The translations under genes were made by a program, and so were the position numbers. This document shows, in pieces, positions 25,598-38,099 of a DNA stretch of 64,000 nucleotides. The stretch's first letter is position 1. Each line of letters begins with the position of its first letter. Below the pieces are notes generated by a model, which had not been told where the DNA came from, searched no databases, and saw only the letters and a list, made by a program, of their open reading frames with translations. Origin of the DNA: Chiloscyllium plagiosum (Eukaryota); contig NC_057749.1 of assembly GCF_004010195.1 (NCBI RefSeq), positions 23,356,999 through 23,420,998 on the forward strand, in the 5' to 3' direction.

Positions 25598-26397
25598 CCT
25601 TAAAACATGTTGAGACATTCTGAGGTTGTGGAAGGAGGCCTCTCAATCCAAATCAATCTTCAGCTCTGCCTATTTATTTAGATTTCCTTAAGAACTTAAA
25701 TGTAAAATGTGAGACTTAAAAGAGAGTATAATGTAATATAGGCCAACCAGTGAAGTTAGCAACTTGAGTCAGTTTACATTTAAACGAACTTTAAATCCAG
25801 GAACAAAATCCTTTCCCATAATAACATTCACTGAGCATAAATGACTTTGATTGCAATTGCAAAGTAAATCCTGTTACTCACTAATTGTGACTCCTACATA
25901 GTTTAAATAATATGATTTCACTGACTTCCTATTTAAAAAATGATATTTTGTACAAGAGAGAGGGCGATGTCCACCTAAAAACAGAAAATGGAGTATTTTA
26001 ACCTGTCTTGTGGTTTGAAATTTTTTCTATTATAATAAATCTATGTATCTAGGTAGCATCTTTTGATCATAGGAAGAGGGCACCTGGTCTAGCAGCTGGA
26101 TAGCTTGACACACAAATATAGTGCAGTTCCACAGAAACACTTCCAAAATTACTTTCTTCAATGAGAAGAGAGCTCATGAATTAAAGATCGCTGTCCTCCC
26201 TCTATTATTGTGATGCTCTAGATACTGCAGGCAGCTCCGCACGCCTCACATTCCAAGCTGTGGCTGGTACAGAGTTTCTGAGGGACAGATACACAATCTG
26301 TTTTATTACCCTGACCCAACACCCACATCGCTAGCACCTTTCCTCCACCTCACCAGACACTCTCCTGACTGGAATCCATCAATTGTTTTGTGTGCAG

Positions 26398-26965
26398 TCA
26401 TTGAGTCTTCCCTGAGCAAGATCCTGCCAATCCACTGGGACGCACCAACACCAGAGTCCTCGACCAGGCCAACATCCCCACCATCGAGGCACTGACCCCT
26501 CCCTCGATCGGCTGCGATGGGCTGGGCACGTCGTCCCCATGACCGACACGAGGCTCCCCGAGCAGGTGCTCTCCTCCCAGCTCCAGAACAGCAGGCCAGC
26601 CCCAGGTGGGACAGAGGAAGGGCCTCAGGGATACCCTCAAGGCCTCACTGGGGAAGTGCAGCATTCCCACAGACACCTGGGAATCACTGGCCCCAGACCA
26701 TCCCAAAGTGGGGGAGGAGCATCTGGGAAGGTGTTGAGTTCCTCGAGACTCACCATCGGGAAAAAGCGGAATCCGGGGTGAAACAGTGAAAGGGGCACAC
26801 TGCCACACCAACGCCCCACCCACCCCCTTCCTGTGACCACCACCTGCCCCCAGTGTAACAGAGCCCGGGGTAGCTGCATCGGGCTGTACAGCCACCTACA
26901 GACTCACCCTGAGAGTGGGAGAGAGTCACCCCCCGCCTCTGAGGGACTGGCGATGAATGAATGAG
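26398..26965 (+). mobile_element. RTE-clade LINE 3' fragment
   Basis: LRWAGHVV.MTDTRLPEQVL, SLGKCSIPTDTWESLA..WGRSIWEG, a C2H2-like CPQCNR..IGLYSHLQTH and a (TGAA)n tail. Confidence 0.85.
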
Positions 26966-27277
26966 AAATAGGTTCTAACTTTATGATTCTACGGCTGCTG
27001 TATTAATGACCAGCTTCAATGTGAAGCTCACCAACAGTTCTGTGTTCTGCAGATTGACCGAGAAAGCAGCTTCACAGGTCTGTGAGGCAACCCTCAAACC
27101 TCAACTTCCATTTCAGGCTGAATAAAGTGTATCAGTTACACCTCGCAGCACCTCTAACATAGAAAGATAAAATTCCCGACGTGCTTCAGAGGGGCATAAT
27201 CGAAACATAGAAGCAGTAGTCAAAAATATAGGGCAAGACTTGGACAGTAGCTTGGGCTGACAACTGCCAGACAATGG

Positions 27278-27446
27278 GCGAAGGTGAGGACTGCAGATGC
27301 TGGAGATCAGAGTCAAGATTAGAGTGGTGCTGGAAAAGCACAACAGGTCAGGCAGCTTCTGAGGAGCAGGAAAATCGACGTTTTGGGCAAAAGTTCCTTC
27401 ATCAGGAATGAGGCTGGGAGCCTCTGGGGTGGAGAGATAAATGACT
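27278..27446 (-). repeat. pLTR family A mini-insertion with 17-bp TSD
   Basis: CAACTGCCAGACAATGG at 27261-27277 and 27447-27463. Confidence 0.85.
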
Positions 27447-27607
27447 CAACTGCCAGACAATGGTCATCTCCAACAAGAGAGAATCTAAACATGTCCCCTT
27501 GGCACTTAATAGCATTACCATCCCTGAATCTTCTATCTTCAGAGTTCTGGGCATTTCCATTGACCAGAAACTGACTGGATGCACTATATAAAAACTGTGA
27601 CTACAAG

Positions 27608-27830
27608 GGGAGGTGCTGATGGAGTGGTAATGTCACTGGACTACTAATCCAGAACCCCATACTACTGCAGTGGACATGGGTTCGAATCCCATATGTTGAA
27701 ATTTGAATTCAGTGAAAAATCAGTGGAATAAAAAGTTTACTTAATGATGATCGTGTCACCATTATCGATTGTCGCAGTGAAAGAAATCTGCCCTTCTTAT
27801 CTGTCCTGGCCTATATGAGACTGTTAACTG
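27608..27830 (+). mobile_element. tRNA-derived SINE family 2
   Basis: Head gggaggtgctgatggagtggtaatgtcactggac..gggttcgaatcc. Confidence 0.7.
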
Positions 27831-28094
27831 GCCTCTCGGTAATAAGTGCTTGCCTAGCCAGCAGTGCTGACATGCTACGACAGAAAAGCAGCTCAGAGGC
27901 TGGGGTATCCTGCAGTAAGTAGCCTCCCATCCACAAAGCATAAGTCTGCAATGGGATGAAATTCCCTGGATGACTGCAGCTCCAACAACATTAAACTCCA
28001 TTTACAAGATACAGGGGAAAGCAGGCCACTTGCTCAATAAGTCCTCTAAAGGTAAGGTCATCACAGTCCCAGAGGACCACTCTACCATCTTAAA

Positions 28095-28425
28095 CATAGA
28101 ATCACCGAATCCCCACAGTGTGGAAGCAAGCCATTCAGCCCACTGAGCCTATACTGGCCCTTCAAAGAGCATCCCACTCAGACCCACCCCCTACCCTGAA
28201 TTTCCCATGGCTAACCCATTTAGCCTGTGCATCCCTGGACTCAATGGGAAATTTAGCATGGCTGATCCATCTAACCTGCACACCTTTGAACTGTGGGAGG
28301 AAACCGGAGCAAACCCACGCAGACACAGGGAGAAATTGCAAACTCCACCCAGTTTGTCGCCTGAGGCTGGAATTGAACCCAGGTCCCTGGTGCTGTGAGG
28401 CAGCAGTGCTAACCACTGAGCCGCC
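28095..28425 (-). mobile_element. HE1-type SINE
   Basis: Full head, core and tail on -. Confidence 0.9.
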
Positions 28426-28439
28426 AGTACATACATAGT

Positions 28440-28790
28440 TGTTTGCTCCATCTGCAAGATGGTACCATCCACAATTCACCAAGGCTCCCTCAACAGCATC
28501 ATCCAAAGCTTTCCCATCTAGAAGGACGAGTGTAGCAGATACATTGGGACACCACCTACCTGCGAGTTTCTCTCCAAGCCCCTCACCATCCTGACTTGGA
28601 AATATATCACCATTCTTCCAGTGTCACTGAGTCAAAATCCTGGAACTATCTCCCTAATGGTGGCTCTAGCTGCACAAGGCGGACTGCAGAGGGTCAGGAA
28701 GGCAGCTTGACACCACCTTCTCCCAGACGACTACAATGGACAACAAGCGATGGTCCAGCCAGTGATGCCTGTGTCCCAAAAACGAATGAA
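28440..28790 (+). mobile_element. Ancient CR1-clade LINE family 2, 3' end
   Basis: Reverse complement of the 12990-13410 element. Confidence 0.7.
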
Positions 28791-29849
28791 ACAGTTGCTC
28801 AAAGGGGTAGGCAAGTAAGACTGCCTTAAAAGAGACAACAGATCTGGGAGGCGAGGCAAAGCTTGAAGTTCAGACAGCTAAAGACAGGGCAGTGAAATCA
28901 GGTTGAACAGAACAAAGAGTATATGAGGGGTCAGAGTCAAAGGGATAAGAAGATGGTGTTTACAGATTGGAAAGTAAGAAGCTGGGAAGGAATTTAAACA
29001 AAAAGTATTATTTTCTTCATTTTAATTTTTAGGGGAGTAGAATTTAAAACAGATCATCAAGGATAGGGTGATGGGTGAGCAGAGCTTAGTGTGAGATAGA
29101 TTCGGGCAGGAGTGGTTTGAATAAACTCTAGATCTTGCATAAAGGTTCTCTGTGGTCCTAGTGACCGACTGAAATTCTCTCAAGATGCATTTCTCTATCA
29201 TTGCAAAAATTAAAAATAAAGCATGCAGTTGTACAGCCACAGGACTTCCCAATACATCTTACAACCACTGAAGCTTATTTTTTACCTCTGGAGTGCAGTC
29301 ACTGCTGCAATAAAGTGGTAAACAATTCGTGCACAGCAAGATCCCAAAAATACCAATGAGCTCTTGACAAGATGCTGTGTTAGCGGTTCAGGTATAAGTA
29401 CTGGTCAGTTCAACAGGAAGAAATCTTCTTTGAATAACATCCGATCATTCTGTGTTTAATGATGTTAGCTTGGTAACTGACCAATGCTCATTTTGCTGAA
29501 TTTGGTCAGTGTGGATGTTGATTCAGAATTAGACATAAATACCGAGAGGCTGAGCTGAGATAAGCATTGGTTCAGATCTTTTGTGATTACAGAAATATTT
29601 TAAGGAACGGTAATTAAACCTGATACCACACTTACAAATGAATGCCCCTCTGCGTTGTTCCGAGACCCATTAAATATAGAAAATGTACAACAATTTAGTG
29701 AAACACAACACCATGTGATCTTTTACAGCAATGTGAAAGAGCAGATGGGGCCTCAGTTTAATAACTCTCCCAAAGGGTAGCTCCACCCACATCGCTGATA
29801 TTAGTTAAGGGACAGAAAGCTGAGGGTGATGACAGAAGGTTGGTTCTCA

Positions 29850-30152
29850 GTGAGCGGCACAGTGGTTAGTACTGCTGCCTCACAGCGCCTGAGACCCGGG
29901 TTCAATTCCCACCTCAGGCGACTGACTGTGTGGAGTTTGCACGTTCTCCCCGTGTCTGCGTGGGTTTTCTCCGGGTGCTCCGGTTTCCTCCCACCCTCCA
30001 AAGATGTGCAGGTCAGGTGAATTGACCATGCCAACTTGCCCGTAGTTTTAGGTAAGGGGTAAATGTAGGGGTATGGGTGGGTTGCGCTTCGGCGGGTCGG
30101 TGTGGACTTGTTGGGCCGAAGGGCCTGTTTCCACACTGTAATGTAATGTAAT
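29850..30152 (+). mobile_element. HE1-type SINE (young)
   Basis: CpG-rich, with a (TGTAA)n tail. Confidence 0.92.
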
Positions 30153-30179
30153 CAGACCAGAGGGAAGTATTAGGACCAT

Positions 30180-30975
30180 TGCTGATTTGTATACATATAC
30201 ATAGCTAATAAATACTTGATCAGGACTCAACAGGATAAATGTAGGAAGGATGTTTCCAATGACCGTGGTGTACAGGACCAGGGGTCACAGTTTAAGGATC
30301 TAAGTTATAAGGAAAAGTTGGATAGGCTGGGACTTTTTTCATTGGAGGTTGAGGGGTGACCTTATAGAGGTTTATAAAATCATGAGGGGTATAGATAAGG
30401 TGAATGGCAAATGTCATTTCCCTAGGGTGGGGGATTTCGAGACTAGGGGCATTTTTAAGCTGAGAGGAGAAAGATTTTAAAAAGACATGGGATTTTTTTT
30501 ATACAGAGGGTGGCATGTGTGTGGAATGAACTTTCAAAGGAAGTGGTGGATGCAGGCACAGTTACAACATTTAAAAGACATTTGGGTAAGTACATGAGTA
30601 AGGGTCGTTTGGAGGGATATGGGCCAAGCGCAGGCAGGTGGGACTAGTTTAGTTTGGGATTATGGTCGGCATGGACAGGTTGGACCGAAGGGTCTGATTC
30701 TGTGCAGTATGATACAGGAGACGACATTTAGGACTGAGATGAGGAGAATTTTCTTCACCCAGAGAGTGGGGAGCCTGTGAAATTCTCTGAAACTGAATGT
30801 GATTGAGGGCAAAACATTGAACTTTTGCAAGAAGGCATTAGTTATAATTCCCAGGGCTAAAAGGATCAAAGGGCATGGGGGAGATAGCAAGAAGAGGGGA
30901 CTGAGTTGGAAGATCAGTCACGGTCACATTGAATGGGCTTGAAGGGCTGAATGGCCTATTCCTGCTCCTGTTTTC
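30180..30975 (+). mobile_element. Nested CR1 3' ends (one inserted into another at ~30300-30712)
   Basis: The outer fragment ..ggtcacagtttaagg resumes as catttaggactgagatgagg. The inner copy has its own tail. Confidence 0.75.
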
Positions 30976-30994
30976 ACTCTTTTTAATTTAATTA

Positions 30995-31392
30995 TAGAAA
31001 TATGGAATCCCTACAGTGTGGAAACAAGTTATTTGGCCCAACATGTCCACACCAACCCTCCAAAGAGCAACCCACCCAGACCTGTTCCCCTACCCTATTA
31101 CTCTACATTCCCCCTGACTAATGCACCTAACCTACACATCTTCGAACACTATTTAGCATGGCCAATTCACCTAACCTACACATCCTTGAACACTATTTAG
31201 CATGGCCAATTCACCTAACCTACACATCCTCGAACACTATTTAGCATGGCCAATGCACCTAAGCTGCACATCTTTGGATTGCGGGAGGAGCAGCCGGAGG
31301 AAGCCCATGCAGACACGGGGAGAATGTGCAAACTCCACACAGACAGTCGCCCGAGGCTGGAATCAAACCAGGGTCCCTGGCGCTGTGAGGCC
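30995..31392 (-). mobile_element. HE1-type SINE with internal 44-bp tandem array
   Basis: cacctaa starts at 31124, 31168, 31212 and 31256. Confidence 0.9.
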
Positions 31393-31427
31393 CTTACGGA
31401 CCTGTACTTGACTGTACTGGTGACTAG

Positions 31428-31551
31428 CAGAAAGTGAGGACTGCAGATGCTGGAGAGTCAGAGTCGAAAAGTGTGGCGCTGGAAAAGCGCAGCAGGTCAG
31501 GCACATCCAAGGAGCAGGAGAATCGACATTTCGGGCATAAGCCCTTCATCA
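31428..31551 (-). repeat. pLTR family A mini-insertion
   Basis: Minus strand TGATGAAGGGCTTATGCCCGAAATGTCGA plus tail. Confidence 0.8.
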
Positions 31552-31599
31552 CTCAGAGCCTTTAATGCAGTGAAAGGTCACAAGTCAATTTGCAGGAGA

Positions 31600-31970
31600 A
31601 TTGACAAACAAAACATGACACAAAGTCACATCAGTAGATAATAGGATCAAAGGTTTGTCAAAGACTTAAGGTTTCCGGAAGCAGCCTAATAGATGATAAA
31701 GAGACAGAGAGGTTTAGGGAGTGAAATCCAAACCTTTGGGTCTCAGCAGCTAGACATAACGACCAATGGTGGAATAATATCAAAGCAGGAATGTACAAGT
31801 GGCCAGAATTGGAGCCCATGAAAGTTTGTTTGAGTAGAGATAGGGGGAGGAGAAAGCATGGAAGGATGTGAAGATAGGAGAATTTGAAATGAGAGAGGAC
31901 TGGGAGCCAATGTCAGTGAGAGAGTACATGGATGGTAAATGACCAGGACACAGCAGGAGATGGTGCTGAG
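31600..31970 (-). mobile_element. L2-like LINE 3' fragment, old
   Basis: gagaggtttagggagtgaaatcca..cagcagcta..ccaatggtgg resembles the L2 3' region. A similar relic lies at 28800-29150. Confidence 0.45.
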
Positions 31971-31999
31971 CTGCAATGTTAAACCTGAAAAGGTGACAT

Positions 32000-32300
32000 G
32001 ATTAGGTTAGATTAGATTCCCTACATTGTGGAAACAGGCCCTTCGGCCCAACACGTCCACACTGACTCTCCGAAGAGTAACCCACTCAGACCCATTTCTC
32101 TCTGACTAGTGCACCAACGCTATGGGCAATGTAGCATGGCCAATTCACCTGACCTGCACATCTTTGGACTGTGGGAGGAAGCCCACGCAGACACAGGGAG
32201 AATGTGCAAACCCCACACAGACAGTCGCCCGAGGATGGAATCAAACCAGGTCCCTGGTGCTGTGAGGCAGCAGTGCTAACCACTGAGCCGGTGTGACATC
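32000..32300 (-). mobile_element. HE1-type SINE
   Basis: Head, core and (ATCTA)n tail. Confidence 0.9.
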
Positions 32301-32769
32301 CCTACCCACGATGCTGAGATGGACTCTGTTTTCTTTCTGAGCACCATTACCAGTCAGCAAGGAGATATTTTTATCCGCCTGGCAATGATGCGCTTGGGAG
32401 CTGAAACTGTTACCGATAACTGGTTAAAAAAAGGACTAAAATTACAGTCTTCAAATGACTCCCAGACACAGGAATGTAGCCAAAATGCTGAGGCATTGAC
32501 ATGTGTCTACGCTGTAAGAAAATCACTGAACATTGTGATCAGAAGAGTTTACAAACTGTCCTTTCCCTTGCTTCAATGGCTTTATCACACACTTTCCCCC
32601 TTTTTTTGGATTGGCCTCCTTTATTGTCCACTTGTGCTGTTTACATAAGGCGCACATTACTGAGCATGCTCAGTTTTAGCATCTTAGATGTGCACCTCCT
32701 AACACATTCCCCAGTGAAGTAGATCCATCGTTCCCAGTCCCGTATTCACAAGAAATACCCTTTTTCTTT

Positions 32770-33245
32770 CTGGAGAGGGTGCAGAAGAGGTTTACCAGGA
32801 TGCTGCCCGGATTAGAGGGCATGAGCTACAAGGAGAGGCTGGAAAAAAAGGGTGGTTTTCTCTCGAGTGGTGGAGGCTGAGGGGAGACTTGATAGAAGTC
32901 TATAAAATTATGAGATGTAGAGATAGGGTTAATGGTCAGAATCTTTTTTCCCCCAGAGTTGAAAAACTAGGGGACGGTGCATTTAAGGTAAGAACGTGAC
33001 TGTTCATAGGAGGTGTGAGGGGCCAGTCTCTTTGCACCGACAGTGGTAGGAGTCTGGAACAGGCTGCCAGGGGTAGTGGTGGAGGCAGATATGACAGGGG
33101 AATTTAAGGGACTTTTGGATAAGCACATGAATATGCAAGGAATAGAAGGATATGGACCAAGGGCAGGCAGAAGGGATTAGTTCAATTTGGTGTCATGTTC
33201 GGCACAACATCGTGGTTCGAAGGACCTGTTCCTGTGCTATACTGC
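32770..33245 (+). mobile_element. CR1 LINE 3' fragment
   Basis: LERVQKRFTRMLPGLEGMSYKERL and tail. Confidence 0.85.
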
Positions 33246-34214
33246 TCCACGTCCGAAGGAGATCACATGAGCGGATGAACTTTAAACTTTCCATGCCTCC
33301 TCAATGTTTGGACCATATTCGCTGCACATGCTCAGAGCACAATCTCGTGGAGCACAGTCACCAAGCTGCAATCGATGTCATATCCTGTGTGGCTCTGTAC
33401 TACAGACTCAGTCTGTAAGATCAGTACAATGAAGCAGGTTTATGTCCTCGAGCCTTAAGCCACTGAGAGAAGCCAGTGTCTTCCCTGACAATTAGATTCA
33501 TGATTTAAAAAAAACCTTTTCTCTCTTTTACCAGGAACCTTGTTGTTAATATCTGTTAGTCCACTCAGATTAACGATTCAGACCAGATCCCAACTAGATC
33601 TGTGATACTTCATAAATATTTGCATTTTAATAATGCCTCCCACAACCTCAGGGCATCCCACATAATGAAGAGACGTCTAATCCAAAAAAAGGCAGCAAAT
33701 CCTGCAGTCCTGCACGGGTGTTTCAGGAGTTAATAGCAAATTCCTTCTCAAATCTGATCCTCAAGTATTCATACAAAACCCCTGCAAGATCAGATATGAT
33801 GGAGTAGAAATTGTCCAGAGAGCTGTGACGTATATCTATCCCGTGTTCTCAATTCTCAAATGGTAACGATCCTAAAGAACGTTCTTTGAAGACACTCTCA
33901 AGTTCTCCTTGGACAACATGGACCTTAGTGACTGAGAGGCGCTTGCCCAGAAAAGTGACTGAGGAAAGCATTAACTTGCCCATCAATGAGTATCTTGCTT
34001 CAAGTCGCAAATGTCTCACAGATGAGGTGCAGCAGGGAAAGAAAAGAAAGAAGCTCTGCCGTCCTGGATCTCATTATCCCATCGCACTTCTTGTCCATGT
34101 GCCTAAAATTAACCTGTGCACATGAAATCAGACAAAACTCTGCACCAGCAATCTTGAATAGGCATCATCCCTGTATCAAGAACCAGGCAAAGTCAGCCTG
34201 GATTACACACGCTT

Positions 34215-34525
34215 GATTCCCTACAGTGTGGAAACAGGCCATTCAGCCCATACCATCCCTCTGAAGAGCATCCCACCCAGACCCATTCCCCTATGCTATC
34301 CCTGTAACTCTGAATTTTTCATGCCTAACCTACCTAGCCTGCACAACCCTAGGCAATATGGGCAATAGCCAATCCATCCCAACCTGCACATCTTTGGACC
34401 GTGGGAGAGAACCCACACAGAGACAGGGAGAACATCCAAACTCTACACAGACAGTTGCCCGAGGGTGGGATCGAACCCAGGTCCTTGAAGGTGTGAGGCA
34501 ATAGCGCTAACCACTGAGCCACTGC
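34215..34525 (-). mobile_element. HE1-type SINE
   Basis: Head, core and tail on -. Confidence 0.88.
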
Positions 34526-36384
34526 TTTACTCCTACTCTCTAAACCTTCCCCCTCACCTGAAATACAGAGAGCCTCAGGTTAAACCATCACCAGTCATCT
34601 GGATCTATTGAGAGAGCCGCCCTATTGTCTGTAAAACAGGGTGACTTTGTCAAATGTTAAACACCAGAGATAAATGTTAGTCAGATTTCTTCCAGATATA
34701 TTCTTTTCTGGTCAGAATTTTATTCCAACTTGCATCAGAAAACTCCAAACATTGATTCTTTGTTCCCCATGTAAATAACACACTCAATGCTCACTCCATT
34801 AGTCAAATAACCTGCTTCCACACACTGTAGGGATTGTATGAAAACAGACTCAGTAATGTTTGATTTATATCCAACATTTGGAAAAAGACCAGTTTCTTCT
34901 TTATTCTGGACCAGTGTTAGAGGTTACACATTTTGGAGTTTGTTTGATATCAGGTGGGTTCATGTGTGGGGAGACATCCAAAACACACCGACTCTTGAGA
35001 GAGCCGCAGATAAGATCTGCACTACTCAGACTTTGAAACTGCCTGTTTCGAGAATGGGAAATGTGACCACAAGCAGTTGACAGATTTCTCTCACCCATGT
35101 TTTTTGCTGGTGTGGGAGTCTCCCGGGTTCAAATACATCAAGATCCTTCACACAGCGTTCAGATAAAACTCCAGCTTTCCCCTTTAAGATTTTGAGTCCA
35201 AACCTCCCACCTAGTTTTGCAGTAAAAGTGCTCAAGGCACAGAGATAGGCACAGGTGCAAAACAATGAGGGGCAGAGTCGAGGGAAAGATATATGTTGTC
35301 CTCGGAGAAGGGGGCTGGAGGAGCTTGGCTTCCCAGGGAGTGGAGCTGCTGCTCACTGAGTAATGATCAGCATGGGCTCCAACACACAGCAATCTCAGGG
35401 CCATCTGCTGAGTGCTACTGCCTTGCCCTCGGGGTGAAAGCTGACTCTGACCTTCAATAACTTTATCCCCTTTCACTTCAACCTTCTGCGTGTTCCACTT
35501 GTTCTTCATTGTGTTTAATTCTGTTCAGTTTCCAGCCAGTTTACGGTGCCAAAGAGTGTGATACCTTCAAGTGAAAAAAAAGTCAGTTTAACTTCTTCAC
35601 CAACATCCCCAGCTCCAGGTAAACTGCTCAGGTCTCTGGGGTGTCAGCACGGTCGTGGTTTCGAGTCCCACATGGAGACTGAAGCGCATTATTCCGACTG
35701 ACCATCAGTGCTGCTGTCTCTCAACGGAGACATTGAAATCCCTCATCTACCCTCTCAGGTGAGGATGAAAGATACTATATCCATCCTCAAGGCAAGGCAG
35801 TGAAGAGCAGCTGTTCAATGTCTTTCCCTCAAATAATATCTCATTGATACAAACCCAAAGAATGCAGGTAAAACTCAGCAGGTCTCTGCAGAGAGAAACA
35901 GAGTTAACATTTCTCATCCAGTAGGATTCATCTAATTGATACTTAAAGGCTCAGTTTGATTGCTGTGTTTTCACAGAGTGTTGTGGGCGCTGATAGCTGT
36001 CAATATTTGATGGCCATCCCGAATTTTCTGCAGAAGATGGTGGTGGTGAGCTGTCTTTTTGCTGCAGGTAGACCCACAATGCAGTGAGGGGGAGTTAAAG
36101 TCATTCGCCAGACCGGACAAAAAAGGGTTCAAACTTTCCTGTTAATCATTGCCTTTGATTTGATTGCAATGATGCATTAGGAACAGTTTTACACATACCT
36201 CAGTTCATATACAATTAATTTTTCTATCCTCATGGTGTATCCAATGTGCCGTGGTAGGGGTCACTTGGCAAGAGGGAAAAGCAGAGTGCTCAATTCAAAT
36301 ATAAACATGCCGTGATAGGATTAATTTTGTCAACTAGAAATTCAGCAGATCAACCTTACATCCGCTGACTGGAAAATAATTTTT

Positions 36385-37120
36385 TGATTTGATTTGATTT
36401 ATAATTGTCACATGTACCTAGGTACAGTGAAAAGTTTTGTTCTGCACGCAGAAGGTCATACCATACAAAGCGTGTTGGGGTAATAGAACAGAATACCAAC
36501 CAAAGATGGCGCCCGGTTATGGTCAACTCCTTGCGAGCTCTTATGTGCAGATCTAAGTTTCCTATTTCCTATAATCGTTCTACACCCTTTAAACTTAATA
36601 GCATACTTCTAAAACTTACTAATAACTACTGAATGGACTTGCAAACTCTTAACATTCGCCTGTACCTGTGTTTTTGTTCTTGCCGCTGTTTACCTATTAT
36701 TTACTATCTATGCTACTTAACTCTGAAATCTGCCTGTATTGCTCTCAAGACAATGCTTTTCACTGTGCCTCGGTACATGTGACAATAAATTCAATTCAAT
36801 GTTACGCTGCAGAGAAGATGCACAAAGAGTGAGATCAATATTAAATTAAAAATGCAAGAGGTACATTCAGAAGTCTAATAACCACGGGGAAAAGCTGCTC
36901 TTGAACCTGTTGGTCCACGTGTTTAAACTTCTGTTTGGCAGAAGAGGGTTGGGAGAGATTATAACCGGGGTGGGAGGGGTCTTAGATGATGTTGGCTGCC
37001 TTCCCGAGGCAGCGGGAAGTGTAGATGGAGACAATGGATGGAAGGCTGGCTTCTGTGATGGACTGAGCTGTGTTTACAACACAGCAGTTTCTTACGTTCC
37101 TGAGCAGAGCTGTTGCCATG
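36385..37120 (-). mobile_element. REX1/Babar LINE 3' end interrupted by a short element
   Basis: GNSSAQERKKL..VVNTAQSIT..LPSI..IYTSRCLGKAANII*DPSHPG, with a (AAATC)n tail at 36385. Confidence 0.8.
36498..36800 (+). mobile_element. Short non-autonomous element with AAGATGGCG head and REX1-type tail
   Basis: Starts caaagatggcgcc and ends ttttcactgtgcctcggtacatgtgacaataaattcaattcaat. Confidence 0.55.
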
Positions 37121-37464
37121 AAGAGACGTGAAAGACATCAGATTCCATCAGAGAACTGGATCACAGAAAGGTTTCTCTAGATGATGGGAAACAGGTATTC
37201 ACTGTCACCTTCCATTTCCTGCAGGAAAGAGTTAAGTTTAAGAATTACTGTCAACTGATGTATTATTTCTTACTATTCACTTCCACAAGACAGAGTCTTA
37301 GCTGCACATGATGATGTTTTGCTGCTTTCCAAATCAAACAAAGCTCAGATAAGAATTTAAGGTAAAACTAACATGAAAAGGGTGATTCCCTTGGCGTAAA
37401 TCATCGGAGAGAGCTGGGTGAGTGGAATCTCTCTCTGGGACATTGTGGGCACAAGTTAAGTGCC

Positions 37465-38085
37465 ATTCAGTGGATAGCACTCATATCTCTGCAGTTCTGC
37501 ATTCAATTCCCACTCAAGAAACTTCAGCCCATAATCCAGACGGACACTGCGGCGCAGTGCAGAGGGAATGCTGCACTGTCAGGGGTACCTTCCTTCAGGT
37601 GACACGTTAAAACAATTAAGGACCTGCCATATTTCTGAGGAAGGGTCACTGGACCCAAAACGTCAACTCTGATTTTTCTTCATAGATGCTGCTAGACCCA
37701 CTGAGCTTCTCCTGCAACTGCTGTTCTTGTTGCCATTCTTACCCGATCTGGCCGACCTGCGACCCCAGGCCCACAGCCGTCTGGCCAATTAGGGATGGAC
37801 AATAAATGTAGCTAGTGAAACCCACACAGTGTCTTAGAGTCATCTCATAAATGAATACAAAACTCACTATTGAGGAGGAGGAGGAGGTGAGTTCCAGTCA
37901 ATATTTGTCCCTGAACCACCATCAGTAAAACTGAATTTGCTGGCCATTGTCAGCTTGGAGTTTATGGGATCGTGCTGTGTAATCGCTGGCTGTTGTTTTT
38001 CCCACATAATACAATTAACTCAATTTGAAGAAATATCCCATTGAGTGTAAAGACATTTGGGGCGTTATGATTTTGCTTGATAAAC
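37465..38085 (+). mobile_element. Deu-domain SINE (SacSINE1-like), interrupted by pLTR-B and SINE-2 pieces
   Basis: gagggaatgctgcactgtcagggg..cgttaaa, then caatatttgtccctgaacc..gggatcgtgctgtg. Confidence 0.65.
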
Positions 38086-38099
38086 ATAAGTCATTGAGG

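Noticed and set aside
29850..29925. tRNA genes
   Set aside because: The A/B-box sequences are SINE heads that continue directly into the SINE body. I see no full cloverleaf.
34838..35509. Cluster of overlapping ORFs as a possible RORA first exon or other gene
   Set aside because: No recognisable protein similarity and no convincing splice-site pair.
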